Positions 1 to 13,252 of a stretch of DNA of 64,000 nt are shown here, piece by piece. The notes under the pieces are model-generated. The model worked only from the letters and a program-made list of their open reading frames with translations. It made no database searches and had not been told where the DNA came from. This DNA comes from Paraspadella gotoi (lineage: Eukaryota > Animalia > Chaetognatha). Position numbers and translations under genes: made by a program. Numbering within the stretch: the first letter of the stretch is position 1; every line of letters begins with the position of its first letter. Location: positions 544,457 through 608,456 of the forward strand of contig CM119265.1 of assembly GCA_051294375.1 (NCBI GenBank), read 5' to 3'.

Positions 1-1027
1 TAACTCTTTTTGAAAAATTCTTTCATTAAGTGGGTCAAAAATTAAAAAAAAGCTATATTTTTAGCTGAAAATTAATTTTTTATATTTTAAAAATTTTAAA
101 AATGATTTATATTTTCTTATATCAACTTTTGACAAGGAATTTAAATCTGCAATCAAAATTAAGAAAAGCCTATTTTGAAATTTTTCGATTTTATAATAAT
201 ATATATATATATAAATATAGCCTACTGCAAAAATTAAAAAACATAAAATTAATTTTTTTTACAAATTAATGTTCACTGATGGTATGTTGTTCATAATTGC
301 CTTTTAGAATTTCTGTACTTAACTTTCACCACGCTCTATTGTATAATATATATAATGTCAAAATTTCCAAATTTTTTTTTTAAATTCTGAAGACAGATAC
401 AGATTCCTTAAAAAAGTTTGTTTTTTGCAAAGATTAATATTTTCTTATTTTTTTAAGCAGAAAATTAAAAAACGGTATCTTAAATATGTATAGTTTTTTG
501 ATATTTTTGACCACTTTAAAATAATTTTTAAAAATAAGTTAACTTTCTTTTATTAACTTTATGCAAGGAATTCAAAACCGGTTTTGAAATTCAATTCCTC
601 TTTTGAAATTTTAACCTATTATTTTGGTATTAAAAAATAAAAAAAAAAATTTACTTATTAATATACATAAATATAGCTTACTGGGGCCTAGTAATGGATA
701 AAGTTTTTAAATAAATATATCAAAGTATTGTTATGGGTTTTATTATTTTCACGTCATTCTACCCTGCAAGTTTTTAATGTGTTGTCTTAACTTTATTTAA
801 CATATTTTTTTAAACTTTTTTCCCCCTCTTTCTCCCTCTTCGCTCTCTATTTTTTCTCTCTCCCACTCTCTCTACCCCCTATCTCTCTCTCTCACTGTTC
901 TCTCTCTCCCTCTCTCCCCCTCTTCCCCTCTCTCTCACTATTCTCTCTCTCTTCCCCTCACTCCTACCTCTCTCTCCCTTCCCCTCACTCCTACCTCTCT
1001 CTCCCTTTCCCCTTTTCCCATTATCAG

Positions 1028-1216
1028 GTTGTCTGTATAGAGAAAATCCGTCCGTCCATCCCCAACAGATGGCAGAGCGACGAATACATGCGTCTCATGG
1101 CGAAATTGATGTCTGAATGTTGGCATCCCAATCCAGCGGCAAGACTCACTGCGTTAAGAGTCAAAAAAACTCTTAGCAAATTGGAACAGGGCTGGGATTT
1201 TAAGGTTAACGTTTGA
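1028..1216 (+). CDS. BMPR1: Terminal coding exon of a TGF-beta superfamily type I receptor kinase, BMPR1/ALK3-6/thickveins-like (upstream exons lie outside the window)
   Basis: A polypyrimidine tract and cag acceptor (1025-1027) precede [62 protein letters not shown] (TGA 1214-1216). [16 protein letters not shown] is the kinase C-terminus of type I receptors. The subfamily call rests on this exon only. Confidence 0.88.
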   Translation, partial: VVCIEKIRPSIPNRWQSDEYMRLMAKLMSECWHPNPAARLTALRVKKTLSKLEQGWDFKVNV

Positions 1217-1999
1217 CCTTAAAGAAAAATTGTCATTTTTTGGGGTCAGAGGGTCATCCTCTTTTCGTATTCCATTTCATTTTAATTTCAATTCCGACAT
1301 TTTTCATATTTGTTTTCATAATAGTTCATTTCTTTCTTTATTTCTTATTTTATTCTCAAACCAGTTTTAATCAGTTTTCACTTTGTCTTAGAAATTTTCT
1401 AATTTCGTGCGGCGAATTTAATACTTAGATGACATCTCACAAACAAACGAACATAAATTGTTTCCGTCAGAAAAAATGTAGTCATCGGTTAACATTTTTT
1501 TTATATTTTTTTTTTTTTTTTTTGTCAACAAACTTTGTTTGGTCTAATTTTTTCTTTTGTTTAATTTTCAATCTCAAAATTTGTTTCGGGCACAAAAAAA
1601 TAATTCAAATATTAAACCAAAAAAACGTTTTGCTATACTGTCGTGACTAGTTTAATTTGTTATACACAATTGTGTTTGAAACTGAATATTAGTCTAATGC
1701 ACAAAAAGAAGGGCACAAATGTTTTGATAATTATGACAAAAATGAGAGCCACTTTTTTTTGAAAATTACACTGTGCTTCCAACTTAGTTTTCCTAATGGC
1801 AACTTGAGTTTAATTTACACTAATATACATTACTTTCCTTTTTTATCAATTTTTTATTAAAATTTGTTTGACCTTTTTTACTAAAAACCTTTTTTTTTAA
1901 ATTTTAACTTTTTTCTTGTTTGTTTTGATTTTCGCTTCTCACGTTTTGTTAAAACCGATTTGAATGATGATTCTTCCCAATACGAGAAGATAGAGATGG

Positions 2000-2035
<36 letters not shown>

Positions 2036-3513
2036 CCTCCCCTCTTTATTTAAGACATAACATTTCCCCCCATTTCCTTGGAGCTAAAATAAAAAGAGAA
2101 TATTTGTTATGATTTTACTTCACAACTTTTCTTTCACAACTTGTCTCAATTTCTTTATCTCATAATCTGTAAATAAAAATAATATTTCCCTAATTTAAAT
2201 CCCAAGCCTTTTAGGTTTTAAAATGATCTAATCCATTCATTCATTTATTCATTCATTCATTTATTTATTTAATCAACATATTATTTCTTTATTTCATCTA
2301 ATTTTCTAATCTAGTCTTTAACTCAAACGGTCGGTCGGTCGGTCATTCATTAGTTAATTCATCCAACCAACTCACGTTTTGTCATAGTTTTCTATCATTG
2401 AAAAATGCATTAAACCGTCTCAAATACTTTGTAAAGCGCTTATTATTATTTTGTCCAAATGTGTAAAAAAATTTGAAAAAACTTAAATAAAATTTTCACG
2501 TGAAAATCTTCTTTTTTTCGTTCATTAAATTTGAAAATTTTAATTAAATAACGAATTTAATTAAAAACAACTTTATTCAGTCAAACTTGAAACAAAGTTA
2601 GTTAAATAAGTTTAAATAAAATAAACTTTACTTCAGGATGTTGTAAAGAAAACGGCTAGAAAATTATAACATCATTTTTTTATCTCCCGGGTTAATATGA
2701 TTTTAATTGTTAATCAAAGCAATGTTTCTTTGATCGAACTTATTTTTACTCATAAATTAAAGATTTCTTTTTACTTTTAACATTTTTTACTTCATCTTAA
2801 AATTCTTATGTTTTTTAAAGTTTATTTTTCCTGAACCGGATTTTAAACTTACATTTTAAATGATGTAGTCTAAAAAAATATTAAAAAGAAAATAATAAGG
2901 AAAAGAATTTAAATTATAATAATTGAAATTCTTTAACATCAAAGAACCGAATTGGAACTTTTTAAACTAAGTTAATTATAAATGGTATTCATTTTAAAAT
3001 AATTTTATTCTAAAAAAAGAGTTGATTACTGTTATTCTAGGTACAAGTTTAATCTCTAATCAAATTTGAATTTGTGACAAAAAAGAAAAAGTTTAATTTC
3101 AACCCTTTACTATTCTCTCTCTCTCTCTCTCTCTCTAACCCCCCTTCTCTCGGAGATTCAACCTCGAAAGAGTTGAAGCAGAGAAACTGAGGTCGTGTTG
3201 TTTTAGCTGTGATCTTTAGGGGTAAATCAAGCGAGAGAGAGATCTTTTCTAACAAGTTAAATTACTAACGAAAATAAACCTTGAGTTTAATTCTTCATTG
3301 GATTATTTTTTTTTGTCTGGAAAATTTTCAATTTTCGCCTAGAAAGTTTTTCTTTAAGTTTTTTTTTTACTTTCAACTGGTCATAAAAATGTACGGAAAG
3401 GAAAGTCAACGAGAGAGAGAGAAAGAGAAAGAGAGAGAGAGTTTTTTTCGGTGTTTAGCGTGAAAGAATCCAGAGAAAGCGATGAGATACCGAGGCCCCT
3501 TTAAGACTGGCCG

Positions 3514-3582
<69 letters not shown>

Positions 3583-4023
3583 TTCTCTCATTCTTTATCT
3601 CATTCTTTATCTTACCAAAAATCAACAGATAAACAATGAAAGTCTAGAGAGAGAAATCATCATGTAATGGATGAGAGAGAGANNNNNNNNNNGAGAGAGA
3701 GATTGTGAGATTGAAACGGAGAGTTACAGAGAGAGAGAGAGAGAGAGTGAGGGGGGGAGAAGGGGAGAGGGGAAAGAGAGAAAGAGAGAGAGAGGAAAAG
3801 GGGAAGATAACTTCTTTTCTCTCAAGAAAACAAAACTTGTAAATTTATGTTTTGTATATTTTTAACACTGTACACTAAAATCTTTAATGACTTAACATAT
3901 TTATTACAAATTGTAAATTCAACAACTAGACTTCTTGCCGATTAATCGCCAATCAATCAACCAAAGAGGTCGATTTAAAGTCAATCAATCATCAAGCAAG
4001 ACCAATCAAACTATTTTCTTCTC

Positions 4024-7000
4024 CTAAGCAGGCGACGGCTTCGCATCCGGTTCGTCAAGACCTAAAAAAATGAATTTGCAAAAATATCATTTGCATATAG
4101 AAGTATTTGAGATTATTTTATTTTCTGACCGATTTTACTTTATACCTGGAGCAGATGGGATTTGACTGATGGGATTCGTGTTGGGATAAGACGGAGGCCG
4201 CTGTCGTTGCTTTAAACCTGAAAGATTTAGACGAAAATAATTTAATAGTTAATTAATTTACTATTAAATATTAACTCAAAACGCTTTGCTGCTTACATAA
4301 TAGCAGAATCTGAGGATAGCGATTTTTGAACATTTATTAAACAGTACTCTATAACTAATAACAACAACAACAACAACAACAACAGAGACCCACCCCCGTT
4401 GATGGGAGACGGCGGCTGCTTCATAGACGGAGAGTGAGAGAGAGAATGAAGAGGAGGAGGAGGAGGAAGAGGAGTTTTAGGCTGAGGACGAAATTTGGAA
4501 TCATCTACGAGAGTGTCGGCGCGAGAGATGGATGGAGGGGATGTGCGTTTGGCCTGGAGGAAGAGTGAGATAGAGACGGAGTGGGGGAGAGAAGTGAGAT
4601 GGAGAGAGAGGGAGTGGAAAAGGGAGAGAAAGGGGAGAGGAGGAGAGGAAAGTTAAAAATGAAGCGAAAGAAGGACCAATAAACTTTTTTTAATATTTAC
4701 CTTAAAATCTTTATAAGCCTCATCCCAGAGTTTAGCAATAAGTTGATCGGCCGTTATGTTTCCAAGATTAAAATCCACGAGCATCAAAATAAATATTCCT
4801 GATTTCAAACTCAAATATTAAAAGAACGGTTGTCTTTTGTTTAATTCTAATTCAGCTGAAGTCAAATAAAGATGAGCAGCGCCACCAACTGACAAAGAAA
4901 TCTCTCATCTTTACCTTTTGTTTAACATCCTAATGAACCATTGACAAACATTTGTCTGTGTCTGTATGTCCGTGCATCCGTCAATTTGTTAAGGGTTAGG
5001 TTCAAATTAGTATTAACCCAAATCAAATGTACTTTCGAAAATCTGTGACTGTCATCCATAACTCACCATCAGGCCTGAGTCTCTTTAATGTGAAGTCACT
5101 CCAGGCTTCAGCCCAGAATCCGTCAGCTTCGGCTTCTTTCACTTTGTGATTAACCTGAACAAAATCACAATGAAATACTTTATGAAATTGGTACTTATAA
5201 CAAATAGCTATAAAATTAACTATTACCAGCATGATTTTCAAGAAAGGTTTAAAATTCATCAATTAATTCACAACTAAGTTACGGTTCTATGAAAACCAGC
5301 CTCGGTTTCTATTTAATGATTTTTATTTTATTTTAACATAAAGTTTAACGAAATTCATCTAAATAATGTAAAAATTATCAATTAAAAAAATAATTATCTT
5401 TGGAGAGATTACAATTGGTTTAAACCTCCTTCCTTCTTACATGTTAAAACATAGGTTTCAATTGAGTTTCTCTCAGAGTAAAGGGGAACCACATGCATCT
5501 TATAAAAAGAATGAAATCTTTAACCAACCAAAGCCTCTCAAAAGTCAGCTTTTATAAATATAGTACTGTACCAATTGGACTACTTTTAATTTTTCAATAA
5601 GCTGTTTTGATTTTAGATCAACGCTGCCATTTTTAATTCACCTCCAAATAATGTCGAATGAATTTCGTCCTTTGATTAGAGATGATGATTTTTCTGACCC
5701 AAAATAAGAAACTAAATCCAGTGATGATCGTGAGGGTGAGAAGATAAAGAGAAATAATCGCGTAAATCTGAAAAAAAATAAATCAAGCTTTTTTTCCTTT
5801 TTTTTATTTTATGATTTTCTGATATCTTTGCCTCTTCAAGGCGATCTTTATCATATTAGATATGAATTAAAGATGAATGTATGATTCTTTGATTCACCTT
5901 ATCGTTATATAGATTAATAGGCAAGACGCAATGACAAGTATAAGACAAGAGGTAACCGTGAAGTTGAGGTTGCCCTCTGAATTCACAAATCGTGTTGATT
6001 GGAAATCTGGGTGATTCAGTCCAGTCTGAAGGTTTAAAATAAACATTAGATATTTGAAATGAATTAACAATTTCGTGAATGAAAACAAACCTGAATTGAA
6101 GACTATTCCTTTCAGTACATTAAACCCGTGAACAACCAGGTTTGTGTTAAGAAACATGTGAAGTCCATAAAGTTGACCGATGCAATTCGCGAAATACATT
6201 AATTTCACCTGGTAATTAAGAAAAATTGAAATAAAAAGATAATAACAGTTTCAGATTTAAAAATGATTGTATGGTGGACTAAAATCCTCCAACTGTTCGT
6301 CAGCGGTCATTGGTGCCGGAGGCAATTCATTCGCCTCCCAACCCAAAGGTCCGGGGTTCTAGCCCGGTGGTTGCCTAGCAGTTAAGATGGACTGGGCGCT
6401 TTACCCGCTTGTAATAGGGACCAACTCCAGAGATAATATATAATTTAGACTATTAGCAAAGTATTTTTAGTTGTCTTGACTAAATATTTAAGCAATCATT
6501 TTCAAAATAAATTTACATTATACGTCTTGATTAATACATTAAATATTACTTGTCTTTTTTTACATTATAAATTTTTTTTTTAATCTTAAAATTTTTTGAA
6601 GGATTCTGATAGAGCATAAAAAGTAAAACAATAAATATAATTACAGCTTTTAAAAATTCTTACGTTTTCTATGTGAAAATATAAAAAAACTGATAAAATC
6701 ATCGAAAGATGATGATGATGATGATTTTTTATGGTTTTTTTTTATTTTTGACTCACTTATCATGAAAATATTTTAAAAAAGAATTTTACTTTGTGTAGAC
6801 AACTTTTTATGAGCTATCTGAATCTGGTCTTAAACTTTTAAAATTATCAAACAAAAATTTTGGCCTTTCCCATTTATAAATAAATATTAAGAAATGTTTT
6901 GTCCATTGAAAGTATACTTCAAAATGTATAAATTTTCGTTTGAGCATGTAATCATTCTAAATTTTTGACACACCCCATTGAGTGGGGCTACCCCTACCTG

Positions 7001-8140
7001 TAACACGGTGTTACAGCCTGATCCGAAGCTCAGGGACTGCTTATATTGAACGGTTATGTCTCTCACACATAACAATAATTACTGTCTCTTCATTGGTGAG
7101 CCCGACATAATATATTAAATCTTTACATCGTAATATGAAAATTATCCTTTCATTCAATGAAAAAATAATTTGCTTAATGAATTCAGATTTTAAAATTGCA
7201 CTATCTTTCTTACAATTTTACAAGACCTTGCAAGCTTTTATTAAATCCCATGTTTTTAAGTGTTATCATGTTTTTTGGAAAAGTTAACACTCTTTTAATT
7301 TGTTTGAATAACTAATATTTAGTAATATGTTTTTTACCATCAAATAAACGAAGCAAAGAAAGTTTCCATTTTTCATTCCGATACCAATGACTCTTTGCGT
7401 TGGAAGGCAACAAGTTTTTTTACTGAGTTTTCTGGTCACTGAAACAAATAAAATATCAACTGTAAATATTAAACAACAAGGAAGTGGAGAAAGAAATGTT
7501 TGTCTTTCGTCCCCTTAAAATTCTTCATTCTACATTCTTCATTCTACATTTTATATTAAACATTCTTCATTCAACATTTTAAATTATACATTCTTCATTT
7601 TTCATTCTACATTCTTCTTCATTTTCTCCTTTTCCCTTTTTGTGATGAACTTTTGATGGTTTTTCTTTTCACCTCAAAAAATATTTTCATAATGACATTC
7701 GTGTCTCTCAGATTCTCTCTCTCTTTTTTTGTTCTTTTCACATTTAATGTTCCTTTTTTGCTCCACTGATAACAAAACAGTTAACCATTTGGCATCAATA
7801 TGAGAAGTAGTATTAATATCTTTTAAATTTCTCCGTTAATTTAATTTTAATTTACCTTTGATGTATCTTTTAAATTGCTCCACTAAATCTTCCAATAATT
7901 CTTCTCGCTCCTGTCTTTTCCCCTGAACTTTTCCTAAATTTCTTGCTCCATTGAGAAATGATTTGATGTGAACGCCTAGAAAAAATAATTAATTAATTAA
8001 TTAAATTAAAAATAATATAATAAGTATTAAATATTTTAGTACTAAATAAGTAATAATTAAAGAATAATAGAATCAATTATTGATAACCTGGACAATTATT
8101 TATTTTCTCTCTCTTCCTGTCTTCCTCCCTCCACTCTCTC

Positions 8141-8192
<52 letters not shown>

Positions 8193-9352
8193 TCTCCCCA
8201 GCCCCATCCCTCTCCCTCACCCGAATTCGCCGCCAGACTTGTCCACACTAAATGAGGAGCGTAAAAGAGAAAAGCTTGCACGGCGATGATGATCGGAATC
8301 CATTGATAATACGAGACGTAGTGTTTGACTCCTCTCAGCTCCGACTCTGGAAACGGCTCCTCTAGGGGGGGCGGTCCGCGTCCTCGTAGGAGCACGTCGG
8401 TGTTTTTGAAGGAGCGGAATGGGTTGTAGTCTTTGTTCATAACCTAAGGTAATGGAGTAGATTGAAAGGGAAAAGAAAGGGAAAGGAAAGGAAAGGAAAG
8501 GAAAGGAAAGGAAAGGAAGAAAGGAAAGGAAAGGAAGAAAAGAAGAAGAAAAAAAAAAAATTATAATCGGTGTTTTGATTAACTTTTTATAATCTCGACA
8601 AAAAAAGATATTTTAATTAAAAACTATGTAAGCTTCGAGATGAATAAAATGTCAAAAAAATTTAAAATTAACTTTTATATTACCTGATAAGTGGACGCCG
8701 TCCAGCAGTACGCATTCACGTATTGCTCTTGTGCGCCTAAGAAAGCAAAACAATATCAAATACTTTTAAACATTATCCTTAGAATATAGGTCACACAAAT
8801 TATTAAAATAAAGAAATTCTCTTACCCGAAAAATACTGTGGAGTGAAACATTCTATCGGGTCACCATTGTTTGAGACCCAAAAAAATTGAGAATAATTAG
8901 AAGAGGATAGACTGTGATTGGCTCGGTCCACTCCATCGTCGATGGCAGCGTCCTGTAGAGGGATAGATGGAATGATAGATGGATTGATGAATGGATAGAT
9001 GGATGGATAGATGGATGGATGGATGGATGGATGGATGGAGGGATGGATGTATGGATTGATGGATGGATGGATGGATGGATAGATGGATGGGTAGATTGAT
9101 GGATGGATGGATGGATTGATAGATATATGGATGGATAGATGGATTGATGAATGGATGGATGGATTGATAGATGGATGGATTGATAAGAGAAAATGATATG
9201 TGAATGAATAGATGAAGAAATAAAAATGAATGAATCAAGCATTCGTTAAACCTATAAATGATTTAATGAATGTGCGACTCAGTCATATTAATTATTATTA
9301 ATTATTATTTTACCTCCATAATTCGATCTTTAAAATCCAACAGAAAAGACAT
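4024..9352 (-). CDS. inx: Innexin (gap-junction/hemichannel protein), paralogue A, 14 coding exons
   Basis: Exons 9352-9314, 8952-8826, 8736-8684, 8443-8221, 7975-7856, 7438-7338, 6208-6091, 6025-5898, 5767-5642, 5154-5067, 4798-4701, 4553-4394, 4217-4146, 4061-4024. All are GT-AG with compatible phases, total 1491 nt, open to TAG. Innexin motifs: [40 protein letters not shown]...[25 protein letters not shown]1 reads out of register in exon 2. Confidence 0.93.
6303..6430 (+). mobile_element. tRNA-like SINE head in an inx-A intron
   Basis: GC-rich ~72-nt segment with a B-box-like ggttctagccc inside a ccgg...ccgg stem, followed by a non-tRNA tail. No clean cloverleaf. Confidence 0.45.
8964..9215. 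repeat. (GATG/GATA)n microsatellite in inx-A intron 1
   Basis: Directly visible. Source of the spurious SIHP ORFs. Confidence 0.95.
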
Positions 9353-9770
9353 TTTGAAGATTTTTTGTTGATTAAGTTTTGAAGAAAATTAAAATTGTTT
9401 GATTAATATTTAATTTTGTTTGAAAGACTTCGGGGAAACCCTCGAATTTATAGTTTAGCTTTTAATTTTATTTCATTTCATTTTCATTATTTAGTTTCTA
9501 AATGTGCAGAGGCCATATTTTTGTTGTGATTCCAATGTCAGTTGATAAATGTTAAGTTTCTTCTATTTAGACAAATTTGAATTTTTTTTTCTGTGAGATT
9601 TTATTCCAATTTAAATTTAAATGAAGAAGGAACGAAATCTGAAAAAAAAGTTTAATTTTAAAACGAAATAAGAAAATATAATTTGGAAAAATTCAAATTT
9701 GAGGGAAAAAAGTTTTTACCATCGAAAATTTTTCGTCGGTTCATTCATACGAAAACTGGCGCAGTTTTGA

Positions 9771-9856
<86 letters not shown>

Positions 9857-11437
9857 ATAAAAGGCCCAGTGGCTGTCAAGTGATAGTTGCATTCAATTTT
9901 TTCCATGTTAAATTAAACAGTTGAACACTGAACTGCTCAGTGAAAAAAACTTTGAAACCAAGATGATGATAATGATGATGATGATGATATTGTCAATTAT
10001 AAAAATTATTATTATAAGAATTTCTTTTTTTTTTGACAATCAAGTGAACCGCTACTGAGTTTTCGCGCTCAATGAAATTTCGTCCTTATTTTTCTTTCTC
10101 ATGAATGGAGCGATTTTTTTAGACCATGGCTGAGGAGACGACGACGACGACGACGACGATGAAGACGACGACGACGATGAAGACGACGACGACGACGACG
10201 ATTTCAAATAGGAATTCTTCCATCCAAATTGCAGTTTGCAGCGACGTTAAACATTGTGATATTTTCATTTGTGAATTTTTTTAAACAATTTTTTACATCT
10301 AAATATCATTTTATAATCTTTGAATATTGTTTTTAGCAATTTTTACTAAACAAATAGGAATTTTAATTATTTTTTTTAATTTTTACATACTTGGCAAAAG
10401 ATGATCCTAAGTTAACGGTCGGAAAGATTAATAGATGCAAGAGAGCTTCGTATAATGAAATAATTTTCAGTTTATCCTTACAATCAGTCAATCAATCAAT
10501 CAGTCAATCAATCAATCAATCAAATCAATCATTTTGCAACTAAAACAAAACCAAAAATAGAATGTTATCATTTTGCTTTTAATTTTGGTTCCAAAAAAAC
10601 GTTTATATAATTATTTTTAGAATTATTTGTAAACAATTAAACTTCCGTTTTAAATTGTGACTTTTATTGTATTTTATTGTATTTTATTGTATTATCTAAA
10701 ATGGCCACTTCAGCGTTTTTCTGTTTTTTTGTTTTAAAGAAACAGAAAGAAAACAAAACAGTTAAAACCCGAAATGCGACGCCTCAAATTCTGGAAGCAA
10801 AAAGTCGCTAAACCAGTTTTTCCTTTTTTTTCCTTTTTTTCCTTTTTTTCCTTTTTTTCCTTTTTTTTGTTCACTCCCTGATTCATGATTTTGTTCACAG
10901 ATTTTGATCCTCGTTCGAAGCTTGATTCTGATTTAAAGCTTGATTCTGATAAAAAAAAGCTTGATTCTGAGAAAAAAAGCTTGATTCTCTTTAAAATCTG
11001 AAGTCCATTTAAAAAGAAAATTATAATATTATTTAAAATTATAAAACACAGATTCTAACAATCTAACATTTTTTGATAAAATTTTTAATTGTGTACTACA
11101 TTGTTCTCTCAAATAGGAAATTTCACAATCATTTAATTGTTATAGGACAGTATTAAATTCCGATTTTCCGGTTTTCAGCTTTCCAGGTGCTGCCCTCTTT
11201 GTTTTTCAGGTCACCGTAAACCAGAAAGGTGAGGTTAAGGTAAGGCAACTGATTTTTGAAGTTTTTTTCTGTGTTATTCGTCAACGGAAAGGAAAATGAC
11301 TGACTGACTGAGTTTGAGGTGGGAAGTTTAGTCAGAAAAATTACGTCATGAAGAGGATAGTCATTATTCGGAAAGAAGTAAGTTTGGGTGACGTTGAAAT
11401 GAGATAAATATGATGTTGAAATGAGAGAAAGGTGAGG

Positions 11438-11707
11438 TTAAGATGAAATTAAGACGAAATTAAGATAAAATTAAGACGAAATTGAGATGAAATTAAGATG
11501 AAATTAAGATAAAATTAAGACGAAATTGAGATGAAATTAAGATGAAATTAAGATAAAATTAAAACGAAATTAAGATGAAATTAAGATGAAATTAAGATAA
11601 AATTAAGACGAAATTGAGATGAAATTAAGATGAAATTAGATGAAATTAAGATGAAATAAAGAAGAAATTAATATGAAATAAAGATAAAATTAGATGAAAT
11701 TAAGATG
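11438..11707. repeat. 11-bp minisatellite (aagatgaaatt)n
   Basis: Directly visible tandem array. Confidence 0.95.
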
Positions 11708-12120
11708 GGGTTTAATACATAAATCTCCTCATAATTCGAGAATTATTTTTGAGATCTGACTAATTTAATTTCGAATATTTTTTTCAAATCAGTAAATATT
11801 TATTCATAGGTAATATCCAATTTTTTCGTAGTATAATTTGCAGACGATTAATGGTGACCGACCGAATCGCAAAAGTGTGACTGAAAATTTGTTGATGTTA
11901 GTAAAGAAAAAAAATTTAATGAGATAAATATCCAAATGTTTTGACACAAACAATTCATGTGGAGAAAAAGTATATTTACATTAGTGTAAATACGTAAATC
12001 TCTTTTTTAAATATTGAATTTTTTTCTTGACAAAATGAACGAAAAAAAGTTAAGGGAAACGAAAATCGTGATGTCTAATCGAAATGAAGAAAAACTGATT
12101 TCGTGATGTCGTCTGGGTTT

Positions 12121-12176
<56 letters not shown>

Positions 12177-12763
12177 CAATCTATTAGGCTTGACTACAAT
12201 CATTAATTTCATCATCTTTTTACAGATAATCCGATCCTGAATTTTCAACCTAATTCTCTCTATTTGATTGTCTCTTTGTCTCTCTTTGTCTCTATTTGTG
12301 TCAATAAATCTTTATAATTTTCGGAAAAAACAACAGATATTACTAAGAAGTCAATGATTTTTGCGGTAAAAGATAATTATATTTCTCGCAGTATTTACTA
12401 AATTGTATGTGAGCGTGTTTGAAGGAAATCAAAAATTGACTAAAAAGATTTGAATCCGAAATTAACATAATTTTATTTCTTATGTCTTTTTTCCAGAATC
12501 TCTGACGCATTATCTTTAATTAAAGTCTTACACTTGAGGTTATAAATACCTATGGACTATGGTTATCTTTTTTCATTTTCGGTAAATACTTCAAAAAAAT
12601 TAAAAATATCTGTTAAGATGTACTTTCAACACAATAAAGCGAGAATGTAAGAATGTAAGCATTACAAAGCAATAATATAAAACAATGTATAAATGTTTCA
12701 CAGAATTTCACAAATTGTGAATTTAAATCGAATTTTGTTTCTAAATATTCATTTATATGTAAA

Positions 12764-12955
12764 ACTACTGTGGGACAAACCACTGTGGGACAAACCACTG
12801 AGAGTCAAACTACTGTGAGTCAAACAAATGTGGGTCAAACCACTGTGGATCAAACCACCGTGGGTCAAACCACTTTGGATCAAACCACTGTGGGTCAACC
12901 CACTTTGGATCAAACCACTGTGGGTCAAACCACTGTGGGTCAAACCACTGTGGGT
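12764..12955. repeat. 15-bp minisatellite (caaaccactgtgggt), ~13 units
   Basis: Directly visible. It explains the overlapping GQTTV/WFDPQ/THSGL ORFs. Confidence 0.95.
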
Positions 12956-13179
12956 GCATGAAGCCGAGGATAAGATGTATTGTGTTGAGCGACTCCAACG
13001 ACATTTCCTGTGAAAGAGCAATTTAACTAAATTAAGTTTATCGCAATTATTCTAGTATATTTTTGAGTGTATTTATAAGATAGATTTATATATTGCAGAA
13101 ATTTCAGAACGTAAACCATGTACACGTTAAAAGGTTGTGGACAAGGCGCTAACAGGGCTGATATCTACTATCAGTAACT

Positions 13180-13252
13180 ACATTGCCAACCAATAGAACG
13201 GGCCCTTGGCTTTGAACCAAGAGTGCGAGAGTTCCAGGCCCCCTAGCGGCTT
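13180..13252 (+). pseudogene. Degenerate tRNA-Gln(TTG)-like sequence or SINE head
   Basis: Perfect anticodon arm cttgg-ctTTGaa-ccaag (13205-13221) followed by a T-arm-like gagagttccaggccccc. Acceptor and D arms are degenerate. Confidence 0.45.

Noticed and set aside
120-690. Weak ~440-bp direct repeat (caaggaatt..., ataaatatagc.tactg) at the window start
   Set aside because: Too degenerate and truncated by the window edge to classify; probably an intronic repeat remnant.
7673-7765. Possible extra AG-GT cassette exon in innexin A
   Set aside because: It contains an in-frame TGA just before the donor, and direct splicing 7856->7438 gives YIKVTRKL, matching paralogue B.
12749-13021. Pentapeptide-repeat ORFs (GQTTV, WFDPQ) or a CRISPR-like array
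   Set aside because: A simple 15-bp head-to-tail minisatellite with no spacers, open in several frames on both strands.
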